From assembly GCF_009914755.1 (NCBI RefSeq), contig NC_060934.1: DNA of 64,000 bases; one strand, written 5' to 3'. The notes below the pieces were generated by a model that worked only from the letters and a program-made list of their open reading frames with translations, ran no database searches and was not told the origin of the DNA. Positions within the stretch are counted from its first letter, which is position 1. Each line of letters starts with the position of its first letter. This document shows positions 1 through 14,498 of the stretch, piece after piece. The position numbers and the translations under genes are program-made. The stretch is from the human T2T-CHM13v2.0 reference genome, Homo sapiens.

Positions 1-460
1 TTGTTTTGCTATCAAATCCTAGATCTTATTCATTCTTCTAAATATTTTTTTTATCCGTTAACCATACCCACTCCTCCAGTCCCCACTATCCTTTCCAGCC
101 CCTGGTAACTGTCTTTCTACTCTCTATCCCCATGAGTCCAATTCTTTTAACTTTTAGCTCCCACAAATACATGAGAACATGCAAAATTTGTCTTTCTGTG
201 CCTGTCATATTTCATTTAACATAATGACCTCCAGTTTCATCCATGTTGTTGCAAATGACAGGGTTTCATTCTTTTTTATGGCTGAATAGTACTCCATTGC
301 GTCTATGTACCCCATTTTCTTAATTGATTCCTCTGTTGATGGATACTTAGGTTGCTTCCAAATCTTGGCTACTGTGAATAGTGTTGCAACAAACTAGGGA
401 GTATAGATATCTCTTTGATGTACTGATTTCCTTTCTTTTGGGTATGTATCTAGCAGTGGC
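1..460 (-). mobile_element. L1 3' region fragment (L1MA-like), cut by window edge
   Basis: Antisense L1 ORF2-end/3'UTR motifs: 'catgagaacatgc...tttgtctttctgtgcctg', 'ttttttatggctgaatagtactccattg', 'ttggctactgtgaatagtg'. Confidence 0.9.
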
Positions 461-659
461 AAAATAAATATTTGTTGAATAAATGAACAATGCTTGTCTA
501 CATCCAAATTAGTTTTTTCTCATATTAGTAATGTTTCCCTAACCTTCTTAAATACTTCTGTGTGATGAGCCCATACATATTGAGTCTACTCATAGATAAT
601 CCATGATTATTTGATATTCCCAGGATATAAATCTATTTGCAAATTCTAACTTAAAAAAA

Positions 660-969
<310 letters not shown>

Positions 970-3260
970 TAAGGTAAGTTCCACGTTCACATAGTACGTA
1001 TGCATGTAAAACTTGCACAAATTTCTCCAAAGTCTTGGTCGGATTTGTTTACATTTGGGAAAAATTGCTGAATAAAGACATGTTTGCATCCTTTGCAAGG
1101 ACTTTAATGTAGCTCAAATAGGGTTATGTGGGGCAAAACTTCAGTGAAGTAAAAGTCAAGCAGTTATTTGTGTGTACCACATGTTTACCCCATGAAATAC
1201 TGTAGCGCAATTGCCCAGCCTCCCTCCTGAGGCACCATGCCATCTATGTTGAAAAATAGAAATGAGTGTATTGTTACCTATATACACATCTCCTGTGTCC
1301 TTTGTAGGTGATATAGAATTTTTTATTGCAATTGACAACATCAAGTTAGTTTAAACAGAGAGTAGCTTTTTAAGAAGGGGATGCAGTAGATACAGGAACA
1401 GTTAGAAGCATTATAGGAATAGATTAAACCACCAGGATCTGGACAGATGGATATAAAGGTGTCTCTGAAGAGGGACTGGAATCTCACCTTAAAGTAACCA
1501 CCTTGACCCTGTCTCTCCAGCTTGGTCCCAGCTGATGTTTCTATTTTCACCGAAACATTACTATTATTAACACAATAAACATTATGTAATAAAGATATAC
1601 TAATATTATATATTAGTATATAATATTGCTGTATAACAATATTCTTGTTATTATATATAGTAATATTGAGTCTTCCTTTACTTCCCAAGAATATTATGAG
1701 TAAAAAGAATCATTATGATGATGGATATTTGAACTCTGATGAAAGATAATTTATCAAGCCCAGATCAAATTATTAGTTGTAATTATGTCTATAAATATTC
1801 TTCCTGTTTCTGAGAGGACTATATCTCCCAAACTTTATTCTATGTTAGACACCACTGCCAACTCCCATGACCTGATTTTTGGAATATGTAACAGCTCTTG
1901 CCAAAGAAGTCTGACACAAATGAAGCGTCCTCTAGCCTCCAGGCTTCCTTATTCACACATTCTCTTTAAAAACATTTCTGACTGATGTCCGAGGCATCTA
2001 TTTCACAATCTTAATTTCAATTTGCCTCACCCTTAGGTGAGGCCAGAATGGGAGCCAGCATTCTATGGGGACCACAGCTTCAGATTTCCTATTGGAGAGA
2101 GAAAGGTCACTCCTCTACATGCAATTTGAAAAATCCTGGAAAATAAGCTGGCTTGAACTGTGCATCTATCGCTGGATCATCATGGTGGACCAGGATACCA
2201 TTCCCACAATAAGCACTTTATTCAAAGGACCAGGGTTGAAGTAGCTCCTGAAATAATGGAGTGCAACTTGGAGAAAGGAAAGGAACAGGAGCTTGTTAGA
2301 CAAAACATGACAAGTCCACTGTAGTATGCAGTAACGATCTAATCACTCAATTTTATATTTTAAAGTATGGTGGATGATATTATTGCCTAGACATAAATTC
2401 TTCCCAATTGTAACAGTTTAATAGTGGAAAAGTGGCTATACCCCTTTTACAGAGAAACACTTTTTTTTTAAATTGAAATGCTTGCATTTTAATATCCTAT
2501 TTAATTTTGGATATTTACCAATGAGGAAGAGAAGCAAGGATGTTTTCTGTTCCTGACATTGGGTTTAGCAGGGCAGGAATAATGTTATCTATTAATGAGC
2601 AGAGATGTTAGCTGAAGAGGTCTGGCTATGTTCCAGTTTGGTTAATTAAATCCTACCTGCTTAAATTCTGTCTTTATTTTCAAATGAATATTCACTGCTA
2701 TTTCTCATTTGAAAAATTGTTCCATGTTATGAGTTTTGGACCAGTAGCTTATTTGTGAGGCAAAGAATTTTAGTTTACTTTGAGTTCAAAATATCCTAGT
2801 TGCTGTTTAATATTATATTCTTTTTTCCATTATTATATTCTTTTTGTGTTGACTTTCACATGCTTTTCTTATGACTATCGTAATATAATGACATATTGTT
2901 TAACAATGACAGTATAACCTTTTAAAACCATTTATCTGTTTCTCGTACAAATTATACAACACCAGGACTGATGGAAGCCAAGCTTGGTCTGACCCATTAG
3001 ATATGGTGCTTTTCTACACAATAATATTTGGATTAATGGATAACATCTAAAATGTCTAAAATGAGCATGTTGCTAATTGAGAAAAGATCAAATCAAAATT
3101 AAATTATCTCTAATCAGGGATTATTTTGTGAGACCCTACCCTATTTCATGGACTCCTTTGTACAATATGCTAAATTGATACAGTGCAATTGAAGTAAAAG
3201 ATATGTTACAACTTATTTTTCTAAATTTTTATTGAAAAGTAAGACTCTGGGGTGTGAGTT

Positions 3261-3280
3261 TGTGTGTGTGTGTGTGTGTG
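3261..3280. repeat. (TG)10 microsatellite
   Basis: Direct reading. Confidence 0.95.
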
Positions 3281-4290
3281 CACGCATGTGTGTTTGCTAA
3301 ACAGAGGCCATATGATCTAATGAGTAATTATAGTAACAAGTTTTAGGAAGAAATTGTGAAGCTGAGACTAGAATTAATTTATCTGTAAATATTTTTTGTT
3401 TGTTAAAATTTTGTTCTTTTAACTATAAAAGCAATATATACATTTTCTACCTACCCTCCTGAAATTAGAAAGAACAGTGACATTTAAAAAAGAAAATAAA
3501 GATCATGTTATCTCACCATTCAGGGATAACCACTTTTGCCTCCACTTTGATGTATGTATAATTTTCCTATATTTCTTCTTCTTCCTTTCCTTTCTTCCTA
3601 TTTTTTCGCATACATGCACACACATACATATGTATTATTTTCAAACATGAAGGAACCCAGTGCAATAGGCTTTATAAACCTTTTACATTTAACAGTCAAC
3701 TTTGTGGCAATAAACATTCATTAACCACAATATTCTTAACTAATTAATGTATTCATTTCTTTCTCAAGCACTGTCTATAATATTCCTGTTGTGTGTCGCG
3801 TATTGTTCTAGACATGGCAGATACCTAGATAGGCAGGAGGTAATTGCTCCCGGGGAGCTTGTATTCTAGTGATAAATTAAACACAATAAATACACCCACA
3901 AATAAGAAAATATCAGATGTTGATTCATGTAAGGCAGAAAAATAATTTAAAGTGATGGAATAGAGAATGATTGGTTTGACTGGTCCAAAAAAAATCTCTG
4001 AATCCATAATATTTGAATTGTAAGATTTGAATGACAAGAAAAAAGAATTATGTTGGCAGATCGTATGTGTGAAATGAGACAGAGAGAACATTGAGGTGAA
4101 ACGTCCCAAGGCCTTGGAATGTTGGCATAACAGGAAAAAGGGTGTGGAGTGGGTGGAGGGAGTATTGCATATAAAGGGATGAAAGATTTTTAGGTGCCAA
4201 AATTTGTGAGGTTTTGAATCCCAAGTAAACAAATTTAGAGTTTATCTTTGGTGTTATAGGAAGTTATACAAGTGCCATGCCCTTTGCCTG

Positions 4291-4596
4291 TTTTATTTAT
4301 TTATTTAGAGACAGGCTCTCACTCTGTCTGTTGCCCAGGCTGGAATGCAATGGCACGATCATGGCTCACTGCAGCCTCGAACTCCTGCGCTCAAATGATC
4401 CTCCCGCCTCAGCCTCCTGAGTAGCTAGGACTACAGGTAAGCACCACCACTCCTGGCTAATAATAATAATAATAATTTTAGAAGCTGAAGTCTTGCTGTG
4501 TTACTCAAGCTGGTCTCAAACTCCTGGCCTCAAGTGATCCTCCTGCCTCAGCCTCCTGAAACGCTGGGATTACAGATACGAGCCACAGCGCCCAGC
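4291..4596 (-). mobile_element. AluJ
   Basis: 'gatcatggctcactgcagcctcgaactcctg' J-type wording; (TAA)n linker; possible decayed TSD aagtgccatg/aagtgctatg. Confidence 0.93.
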
Positions 4597-4871
4597 AAGT
4601 GCTATGTTTTGATTAATATTTTTAAAGAAAGATCATTCTGGCTTCTGGGTGCAGATTTTACTAGACAGAGGCTGGAGGAGAAGCACAGAGATCAGGTAGC
4701 AGGCTCTTGCAGTGGCCAGGGCAGAGATCATAGGTTCCTGGACTGTGAAAACTGTTGGGGAGACAGGCAGGCTCACAGTAGGTATTGGAGAATGATGAAA
4801 CAGGGTCTGCCAATGGCTGGGAATTGGGGTGGTATCTGAGGAAATGAGAAAAATTAATATCAGCTCTAGAT

Positions 4872-5189
4872 CAACACAGTCCAATAGAAAAAGATGTAAG
4901 GCACATATGTAATTTGTTTTCTAGTAGCCAGTTTAAAAAAGTAAAAGGAACAAGAGAAATTAATTTTAATGATGTACTTTATTCATCATACTCAAAATAT
5001 TATTTCAATATGTAATTAATAAAAATATTAATAAGCTATGCTACATTCTTTTAAATTTTTTTTGTGCTAACCCTTTGAAACCTGGTTTGTGTTTTACACT
5101 TACAACACATCTTAATTCGGGTGAACCACACACATTTCAAGGGCTCAAGAGCCATGTGTGTTTAGTGGTCAGCATATTAAACAACATCA
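4872..5189 (+). mobile_element. MER33 (hAT-Charlie non-autonomous DNA transposon)
   Basis: 'gtccaatagaaa...cacatatgtaattt...ttctagtagcca' through 'catttcaagggctcaagagccatgtg'; 8-bp TSD ctctagat (4864-4871) / ctgtagat (5190-5197) fits the hAT NTCTAGAN preference. Confidence 0.88.
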
Positions 5190-5449
5190 CTGTAGATATT
5201 TGGCCTCACGATTGGAAGAACAGTGGTATCTGTTCCTGAAATAGAAGAAAAGTAGAAGAAGAACAGAATTGTAGAGGCTGGGATCAAGAATTTTATTTTA
5301 AGCCTAAGAGGTTTGTGATGCATGTTAGACATCCATATTGAGTTGAGAGTTAACAGTTGAACCTATTTAATAGCTTATTAGTATTCAGTTAAATAGATGT
5401 AACGTAATTTGTATTAACAGCCCTTTACCTCAGGAATATTTTAAATACT

Positions 5450-5700
5450 AAGCTTTTATAAAATATGGTACAATGTAATCTCATGTACTTGTAGCTTTGT
5501 TTACTTTCTGAAATCTTCAAATAATTATTTCTAGAAGTGGAAATTATGGGTCTTAGTATACTCCAACCTTAAAGGCTTTTGAAATATTGGCCGATTTTTC
5601 TGCAAAAACATTAGATGCATTTATTTTTTATTAGCAGTATATGACAAAGCTATATCTTGTATATTCTCACTATGACTGAGTATGATGAGGTTTTAAATAC
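5450..5700 (-). mobile_element. Old L1 (L1ME-like) fragment
   Basis: 'atttctagaagtggaaattatgggtc...ttagcagtatatgaca' resembles degenerate antisense L1 ORF2 end. Confidence 0.5.
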
Positions 5701-6284
5701 ACATAATGTCTTAAAAAGCCCATCTCTAATGACGAGTTTTTGACATGGTGCTAGTAAAACACAATGAACAGAAAAGAGTCATTCTAGTAAGAAGCTCTGA
5801 GTCTAGTGAGGGAAGCTTTATTAGAAGGATGTACAGTGGTAACTCAAATACATGGCTTTTTGTTTGTTTTAATTCTTTAACTTTTTTTTCTTCAAGCAAA
5901 CATTAGCTATCAACAGCAACAATTTCATAGACAAAAACTGATGGAATTCGCTTGGTTTATGTAGACTGAATCGTATCTATAAAAACATATTTTAAATCAT
6001 TAAAAGTGTGAGATGTTTGCCTTCTAAAATGACCTTTCTCAATTTAAAAAGCTGTGAATGTAAACTGATCTATAAATTATTCTTTTCAAATATATGACCA
6101 TTTTTTGTAAACATAGAGGTCTATTTGTATTATACCTGTGTTTACCCGTGGCATTTCATTTGCGATTATGTTTTTCCTCAATTCAAATTTAATGCAAAAG
6201 ACATTCATTAAAACTGACATTAATACTCCCTCTTCAAATTTAGCAAGTCATGATCTCCAAGGGTTGAGATTGTGAGAGCTGTTG

Positions 6285-7130
6285 TGTTCATTTATTCATT
6301 ATACAAATACATATTATCCTGAAAGTGGGTACAGAGTAATCAGTTTTGAACACAGAACATGCACTATCTCTAAAACCTGGAAGCTTAGATGCTGGTAGGG
6401 AGACAGATATTCACAAGATAATTATATAAGTAAATATGAAATATCAAATTTGTTATGTGGCATAACAAATAAATCCATGGTAATATAAAAGCCTAAAATA
6501 GAAGAATTTGATCTATTCAAAAACATCAGGAAAGACATCCCAAAGAAGACAACTGACCCAAAGATTACTGATGAGTGGGAATTTACTAGACAGGAAGGAA
6601 AACAGAAAGACATAGAAAGGTCAATGTAACTTGGATGGGAAGAGCAAGGGCAATTCGTGACAGCTGAGTCCACCGATGTGGAAGATATATCATACTAGAT
6701 GTCTGGGCTATAGAGGATGCAATGGGACTTACATATTTATTCTAAAAGCAAGAGACAGCTTTGAATTTTTCCATCAGGAATGTTTCAAGATCAGATTTGA
6801 CATTGAGAAGATCCTTTTGAATGCAATGTAAAGAACAGATTGGAAGGATTAAGAAAGAATATCAGCAGGTCATTTAGGAGAAAAGTCACAATAGTCCAAA
6901 GGGAAGGTGATGCCGAACTTGGATTCAAATGAAGATTGGGATTGGTGGGAGAGAGGGAAAGAAATGAATTTCTTAGAAAGGTAACTCTGCTGGATCTAAC
7001 AACACATTGGATATGGGGTCCAAGCTTAACTTTTAGATTCTGCTTCATGTTGCTGGATGCATGGTGATAAGATAGGGATATGTGGAGGTGTCTATAAGCT
7101 CACTTCCAATATGCCTTTTGTTTAAGCATC
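6285..7130 (-). mobile_element. L2 LINE remnant
   Basis: 'ttcatttattcatt' end, 'atcaggaaagacatccc', 'gatcagatttg', 'caatagtccaaagggaaggtgatg'. Confidence 0.7.
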
Positions 7131-7383
7131 TATGAGATCTTTAAAGAAAGGTCCTTAAAGACACTTTGGTAAGAGATACCTAGACATGACAGATGATATA
7201 TTCATGCAATAAGAAAGCATCGAAGATGGGATTTTCTCAAAGTGAGGGTGGATCAATAGTACAATAATGTTTATAAAGCACCTCTTTTCTCGAATAAGGA
7301 AGGTGGCAATGTGTCAGGGTAATAAAGAAATCAAGCATGAGGCCACTTATTCAGCTTACATACAGAATAAGGAGGCAGGGCTG

Positions 7384-7460
7384 ATAGATGACAGCTAGAT
7401 AGATGGATAGATAGCTAGGTAGGTAGATAGGTAGTTAGGTAGTTAGGCAGATAGATAGAT
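7384..7460. repeat. Compound (TAGA)n/(TAGG)n tetranucleotide repeat
   Basis: Direct reading. Confidence 0.85.
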
Positions 7461-7728
7461 AACATTATACCTGTTTTATCTATAATGCCACAGCACTTTT
7501 ACTCATATAGTCAACACTCAATAGGAATTGAGTGAAAAAAGGATGATGATCAATATACATATATATGCATATACATGCAGGAACTCTATTTTGAAGACTG
7601 GAGACTAATAAAGTTGAATTTTTGGATTTAAGTGTAATGCTAGATATTCTAGTATAGTAGTTTCATTTATTAGTGTGTCCAAAGTAATTTGAATGTGTCA
7701 GGATCTTAAAATTCAGCTTATGAGCCAA

Positions 7729-8149
7729 TGTATTAGTTTTCTAGATCAGCTTAAGCAACACAGGAGCCTAAACAACAGAAATTTATTGTGTCTCATAGTT
7801 CTAGACGTCAGAAGTCCAGAACCAAGGTGTCCTGTTTCCTTGTGAGGGAAGGATTGATTCCCTCCAAGGGCTGTGAGGTAGGGCCTGTTCCAGGCCTCTC
7901 TCCGTGGCTGGTAGTCAGCTGTCTTCTCCCTGTGTCTTTCCACATTGTCTTCCCCCTACATGTGTCTCAGTATCCAAAATTTCCCTTTTAATGAGGGCGC
8001 CAGTCATATTGGATTAGGGTCAACCCCGATGACCCCATTTTGATCATATCCATAAAAACCTTATCTCCAAAATCAGGTCATGTTCTGAGGTACTGGGAAT
8101 TAAGACTTAAACCTGTAAGTTTTAGGAAGATACAACTCAATTTACAACA
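7729..8149 (-). mobile_element. MLT1B-like solo LTR (ERVL-MaLR)
   Basis: TG...CA termini; 'aacaacagaaatttattgtgtctcatagttct', 'ccagtcatattggattaggg'; 5-bp TSD gccaa/gccag. Confidence 0.88.
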
Positions 8150-8155
8150 GCCAGG

Positions 8156-8459
8156 GGCCAAGCACAGTGGCTCACGCCTGTAATCCCAGCACTTTGGGAG
8201 GCCAAGGTGGGTGGGTCACTTGACATCAGGAGTTTGAGGCCAGCCTGGCCAACATGGTGAAACCCCATCTCTACTAAAAATACAAAAATTAGCAGGGCAT
8301 GGTAGCAGGCGCCTGTAATCCCAGTTACTTGGGAGCCTGAGGCAGGAGAATCGCTTGAACCCCAGGAGGCGGAGGTTGCAGTGAGCTGAGATTGGGCCAC
8401 TGCATTCCAGCCTGGAGGACAAGAGTGAGACTCCATCTTAAAATAAAATAAAATAAAAA
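8156..8459 (+). mobile_element. AluS
   Basis: Full dimer from 'ggccaagcacagtggctcacgcctgtaatcccagc' to a (AAAAT)n tail. Confidence 0.97.
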
Positions 8460-9119
8460 CAAATCTATGTAGGCCTATTTTTATGGATATGTATGTGGTT
8501 ATGAGCATGTATGCATATACATGCAAATGTGTGTACATTTATGTGTATACCTATATACAAATATGTCTATATATATGATATTTTTCATTATGTATTTTTT
8601 CTTGGAAAACCTGTAAGAAATAAATGAAAATGCCAGAATAATAACATTGTATATTTTCATACTGCTTTAAAATTTAGAAGGTCATTGTATGATTGAATCC
8701 TCACCATACTACATTTGCATATGTCTATATATTTAATATAGGTGTTTCTTATGCTCTAGTGTAGAAAACCTATAGATAAGCTCTTCCAAATTAATTCATT
8801 GATCAACTGCCATCTGAAAAAAGGCTCTGGCACCCAAAATTAGAAAATGGTAAGGATTAGGTACCTCTCTCCTGGGCAGGTGGCTGCATGTCCAGTGAAA
8901 GTTTGTTCAAAATGGTTGGATGCCATAGTGACAAACACTTTGATCATTTCTAGAGAATCTCATTAGAAACTGCACACTGTAGTAGTACAAGCAGGAAAGC
9001 TAGCACCAGAAACAATTTTGAAAACTAGCTGCTGTTACAGTTTCCTCCCTGAGAGTAAAAGCAAAACTGAATTTTCACAGCAGTTGATAATACCGAATAA
9101 TGCTTCAAATATCTCTTGA

Positions 9120-9643
<524 letters not shown>

Positions 9644-9679
9644 GTATTTTGGTTGTTGGTTTTTACAGAAATTTGCTTC

Positions 9680-11450
9680 TTTTTACAGCTTCAGTGAGAT
9701 AAAACTTATATACTATAAAATTCATCCATTTATAAGGATGGTAGTTTCCCCTTATCCTGGAAGGATATGGTTCAAGAACCCCAGGAGAGGATGACTGAAA
9801 CCATGCATACCATGCATAGTATTGAACCCCAGGTCTACTATGTTTTCCCATACATATGTACCTAGGAAAAAATTTAATTTGTACATTAAGTGCAGTAAGA
9901 GGTTAACAGTAACTACTAATAAAATAGAACATGTATAACAACCTATTATAAAAAAATTATGTGAATGTGGCCTCTCTCTTTCTCTCTCAAAATGTCTTAT
10001 GGTATTGTACCGTGGGTAACAGAAAGGATGGAAAGCAAAACCATGGACAAAGGAGGAATACTATATACAGTTCAATGATTTTTGGCAAATTTACAGTTTC
10101 GTAGCCATCCCCACAACTTTACAAGACTTCTATCACTCCACAAATTTCTATCCAGCTGCCTTTTAATCAATCCCACTCTCACCTTCCACCCCTGGAAACC
10201 ATTGATCTGCTTTCTGTCCCTATAGATGTGTCTTTCCTAGAAATTTTGAATAAATAGGACCACAAAATATGTAGTCTTTTTGACTGGATTATTTTTTAGT
10301 TTTATCCATGTTGTTGACTGTTTCAATAGTTCATTCCTTTTTATTGATGAATATCATTCCACACTATGGACATTTCACATCTTGTCTGTTGATTAGTGAT
10401 TGAGATTTGGATTATTTTCAGTTTGGGGTCATAATCAATAATTCTGCAGTGAATACTCACAAATAAAGTTTAGGTGTATGCTTCATTTATCTTGAGTTGA
10501 TTTCTAGGAGTGGAATTTTGAGATTGTATGTAACTACATTTCTAAATTTTAAAGAAATTGCCAAGTTGTTTTTATGATTTTACAACCCCACCAACAATGT
10601 ATGAGAATTCGAGTTTCATCACATCCCCACAAATACTTGCTATTATTAGACTTTTTAATTATAGTCATTTCAGTGGATGTACGCTAGTACCTTGTGATTT
10701 TAATTTGTGCTCCTCTAATTTCTAATGATGTTGAGCATCTTTTCACATGCTTATTAGCCATTTGCATAACTTATTTGGCTAAATGGCTACACAACTCCTT
10801 TGGTCATTTTTGAATGGTGTTACTTGCCTTATTTGTTGGTCATAAAATTTCTCTATATATTCTAGATGCTGTTTTTTGATTTCTTTTTAAATTAGATGTA
10901 TAAAACTTTTTTAAATCCCAGTCTGTGACTTACCTTTTCATTGCCTTATCAGTGTCTTTTAAAGCATAAGAATTTTTTTTCTAGACATGCAAGAGGAAAA
11001 AAATTTAAAACAATAAAGCATAAGAGTGTATAATTTCCTTGAAGTTTAACTTATCATTTTTTCTTTTGTATATTGTGTGCTTGATTTCTATTTTATTTTC
11101 TTCTAAAAATTTTATAGCTTTAGCTCTTACATTTAAGTCTCTGATCCATTTTCCAGTCAATGTTTGTGTATAGTGTGAGTAGGGTTCAAGTCTATTTTTT
11201 ATAGATCCAATTCTTCTAACACTATTTGTTAAAAAAAATAACCATCTTTCCCCCCAGTGAATGATTTAGTGCTGTTTGGAAACTCCATTGCCTATCAAAG
11301 CAGAAGTTAATTTCTATTCTTTTAATTCTGCGCCATTGATAAGCATGTCTGTTTTTACACCAATGCCACACTATCTTGATCGTTGTAACTTCATATTAGC
11401 ATTTGAAGTTGGTGGTGTATTTCCTCCAACTTTGTTATTAATTTTCAAAA
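9680..11450 (-). mobile_element. L1MB-like 3' part (3'UTR and ORF2 end), interrupted by MER44A
   Basis: 'cccctggaaaccattgatctgctttctgtccctatagat', 'ccaccaacaatgtatgaga', 'tctaatgatgttgagcatcttttcacatgcttattagcc'. Confidence 0.88.
9739..10063. mobile_element. MER44A (TcMar-Tigger7-derived MITE)
   Basis: Degenerate TIRs 'gtagtttccccttatcc' ... 'ggacaaaggaggaatacta'; body 'tgtgaatgtggcctctctct'. Confidence 0.82.
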
Positions 11451-11489
11451 TCATAAATGTTAGTAATATTATTGTACATCAGACAGTGG

Positions 11490-11670
11490 CTTGATATATT
11501 ACATGCATCATTTCATTTTATATTCTCAACAGAATTATAAGATAAGTATTATAAGTTTACAGAGTCAACTGAAATTTAGAGAAACCAGAACTTCTAATCT
11601 GCCTGGTGGTAATAAGGCATCAACAGAAGGTGTGAGGGGACCTGTACTCACACCTACAGCTGGTAGTAAT
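11490..11670 (-). mobile_element. MIR remnant
   Basis: 'catgcatcatttcattttatattctcaaca...tttacagagtcaactga'. Confidence 0.55.
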
Positions 11671-13770
11671 GACGTGCTGTCCTCTTTATCCAGGTGAGGA
11701 GTTATGAAAGGAGGAGAGCAAAAAGAGAAGGTTTAAACAAGACCCAGAGTCTCATAACATGATAGTCAAAATCCTCAGATTTCAATATAAAACCATTCAT
11801 CATATCAAGAACTAAGAAAATTTCAAATAGAGTAAAAAAGATAATTATTAAATGCCAACAGCAAAATGACAAGAAATGTTAGAATTACTTGCAAAGATGT
11901 TATAGCAATGATCATAAAAATTCTTTAATGAGAAACTACGAACATACAACATACGTCAATAACAGAAGAGAGAGTCTCAGCAAAAAGAAAAAGATTTAAA
12001 AAAAGAAAGTCTGAAAATGAAATTGAAGATATAAAGAAGAACCAAAGGAACATTTTGAAAAATATAATAACCAAAATCAAATACTCAATAGATGGGCTTA
12101 ATAGCAGAATGGATGAAGCAGAATGAAGAATTAGTGGACTTGAAAATGGAACAAGAGGACTTACCCAATCTGAACAGCAGAGAGAAAATAGACTGAGAAA
12201 AAAATTAACAAAGCTTTAGGGGTATGTGGGCTTATAACAAAATTCTACCACTCATTGTATTAGAGACCTGGAATAAGAGAATAAAGGGCAAGGATTAACA
12301 TGTACTTCAAGAATGAGTTACTAAAAACTTCCCAAATTTGTAAAGAAAAATAAACTCACAGATTCAAAAAGAAGAAGCTGGATATATCTCAAGCAAGATA
12401 ACCCCAAAGAAATCCACCACAAGAAACATCATAGACAAAATTTTTTAACTACAAAGAATATAATTTTGAAAACAGCAAGAGAGAAACAATACTTTACTCA
12501 TAGAGAAAAAACAATTTAAATGACAATGGATTTCTTATAAGAAACCATAGAGGCCAGAAGGAAGTGACACAACATACTTCACGTATCTAAAGAGGGACCG
12601 TTAAGTCAGAATAGTATATCTAAGTGAAAAGATCTTTCAGGGATGAATGCAAAATCAAGACTCAGATGAAAAAAAAGTAAGAGAATTTGCAACCAGAAAC
12701 CTAAAGAATTTGTCATCTACTCTAAAAGAACTGCTAAAGTCAATACTCTTAACAAAGAAAATGATAAAGGAAGGAATCTTGTGACATCAGGAAAGAAGAA
12801 AGAAGAAGACAATCTAAGTTATGAGTAAACACAATACACAATACATTTTTCTTCTCTTTTTGAGTCTTCCAAATTATGTTTAACAGTTAAAAATTAGAAC
12901 ACTGATGTGATTCTAAATTAATGTAGATAAAATATCTAAGACAATTACATCATAAACAGGGTAAGATAAAGGAATATAAAGGGAGATATTTGTTCTATAC
13001 TTCACTTGAACAAGTAACATTATAACACTGTACATAAAAACACTATAAATAAATTTAAAAATAGTAAAAATGTTTGAGTAAGTCACAGGAAGACAGGAAA
13101 AATGAAGCAGAAATGAGAAAACTAGAACAGACAAAAAATAAAATAGCAAATTTAAGCCCCATCATATCAACAAATATATTAAATGTAAGTAATCTAAATG
13201 GACCAATAAGTCTGAGATCAGCAGAGTGGATTAACAAACATGACCCAACTATGTACTGAATGTTAGAAACCAACTTAATATATAATGATATGAGCTTGTC
13301 AAAAGTAAATGATGGAAAAATATATATCATGCACATATTAATAAAAATAAAAGATGAACAGCTATGTTAATGTTAGATAAAATAAAGTTCAGAGCAAAGA
13401 ATAGTATCAGAGACAGACATTATGATAAAACAGACCAATCCACCAATAAGATATAACAATCCTAAATGTATATGCACCAAACAACGCATTTGGCAAGCAA
13501 AATATGTGAAGCAAAAACTGACAGAAATGAAATGAGAAATAGACACATCCACATTCACAGTTAGAGATTTCAACATCCTTCTTTCAAAAATTGATGGAAC
13601 TAGACAAATAATCAGAAGGATATGGAACTCAATAATACCATTCAAGAACAGATATAATCAACATTTTTAGAACACTCTATGCAAGAATAGCAGAATATGC
13701 TTTTTTTAAAGCAACGATGGAATGTATACCAAGATAGACTACATTTTTGCCATAAAACAAACCTCAATAA

Positions 13771-14498
13771 TTTTTTTGTTGCTTTATTTTATTTTGTTTT
13801 TATTTTTCCTTTTATTTTGGAATCAAGGGGTGCATATGCAGGTTTGTTACAAAGTTACATTGCTTGATGCTGAGGTTTAGGGTATGACTGAACCTGTCAC
13901 CCAGGTAGTGAGCATAGTACCCAATAGTAAGTTCTTCAGCTGTTGTCCCCCTCCCTCTCTCCTCCCTCTATTAGTCTCCAGTACCTATTTTTCCCATCTT
14001 TATATTCATGAACACCCAATGTTTAGCTCCAATTTATAAGTGAGAACATGCAGTATTTGCTTTCCTGTTTCTGTATTAGTTCACTTAGGATAACGGCCTC
14101 CACTGTATCTGTGCTGCTGTAAAGGACATGCTTTTATTCTTTTTTATGGCTGCATAGTATTCCATGGCATATATGTACCACATTTTCTTTATTTAACCCA
14201 CCACTGATGGGCACCTAGGTTAATTCCATGTCTTTGCTATTGTGAACAGTGATGCAATGAGCATACAAGTGTATGTGTCCTTTTGGTAGAACAATTTATT
14301 TTCCTTTGGCTACATATTTAGTAACAGGATTGCCAGCTTGAATGCTACTTCAACTCTTCATTCTTTGAGAAATTTCCCAACTGCTTTCCACAGTGGTTGA
14401 ATTAATTTACATTCCAAACAACAATGCGTTAAGTGTTCACTTTTCTTTGCAACTTCACACCAATATCTATTTTTTTTGGCTTTTCAATGAAAGTCATT
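13771..14498 (-). mobile_element. 5'-truncated L1PA16/17-like element nested in the older L1
   Basis: T-tail then 'gcaggtttgttac', 'gtcacccaggtagtgagcatagtacccaatag', 'ttataagtgagaacatgcag'. Confidence 0.9.

Larger units (their letters stand above)
3750..5360 (-). mobile_element. L2 LINE remnant, interrupted by an AluJ and a MER33
   Basis: 'attcatt...tgttctagacatggcagatac...ggagcttgtattctagtg', 'aaagatcattctggct', 'tgttagacatcca' resemble antisense L2 3' region. Confidence 0.75.

Noticed and set aside
8137-8538. Alu-type ORFs here and at 4498, 28835, 48056, 48939 and 56641
   Set aside because: Standard antisense-Alu translations ('[10 protein letters not shown]', 'SQSAGITG'), not genes.
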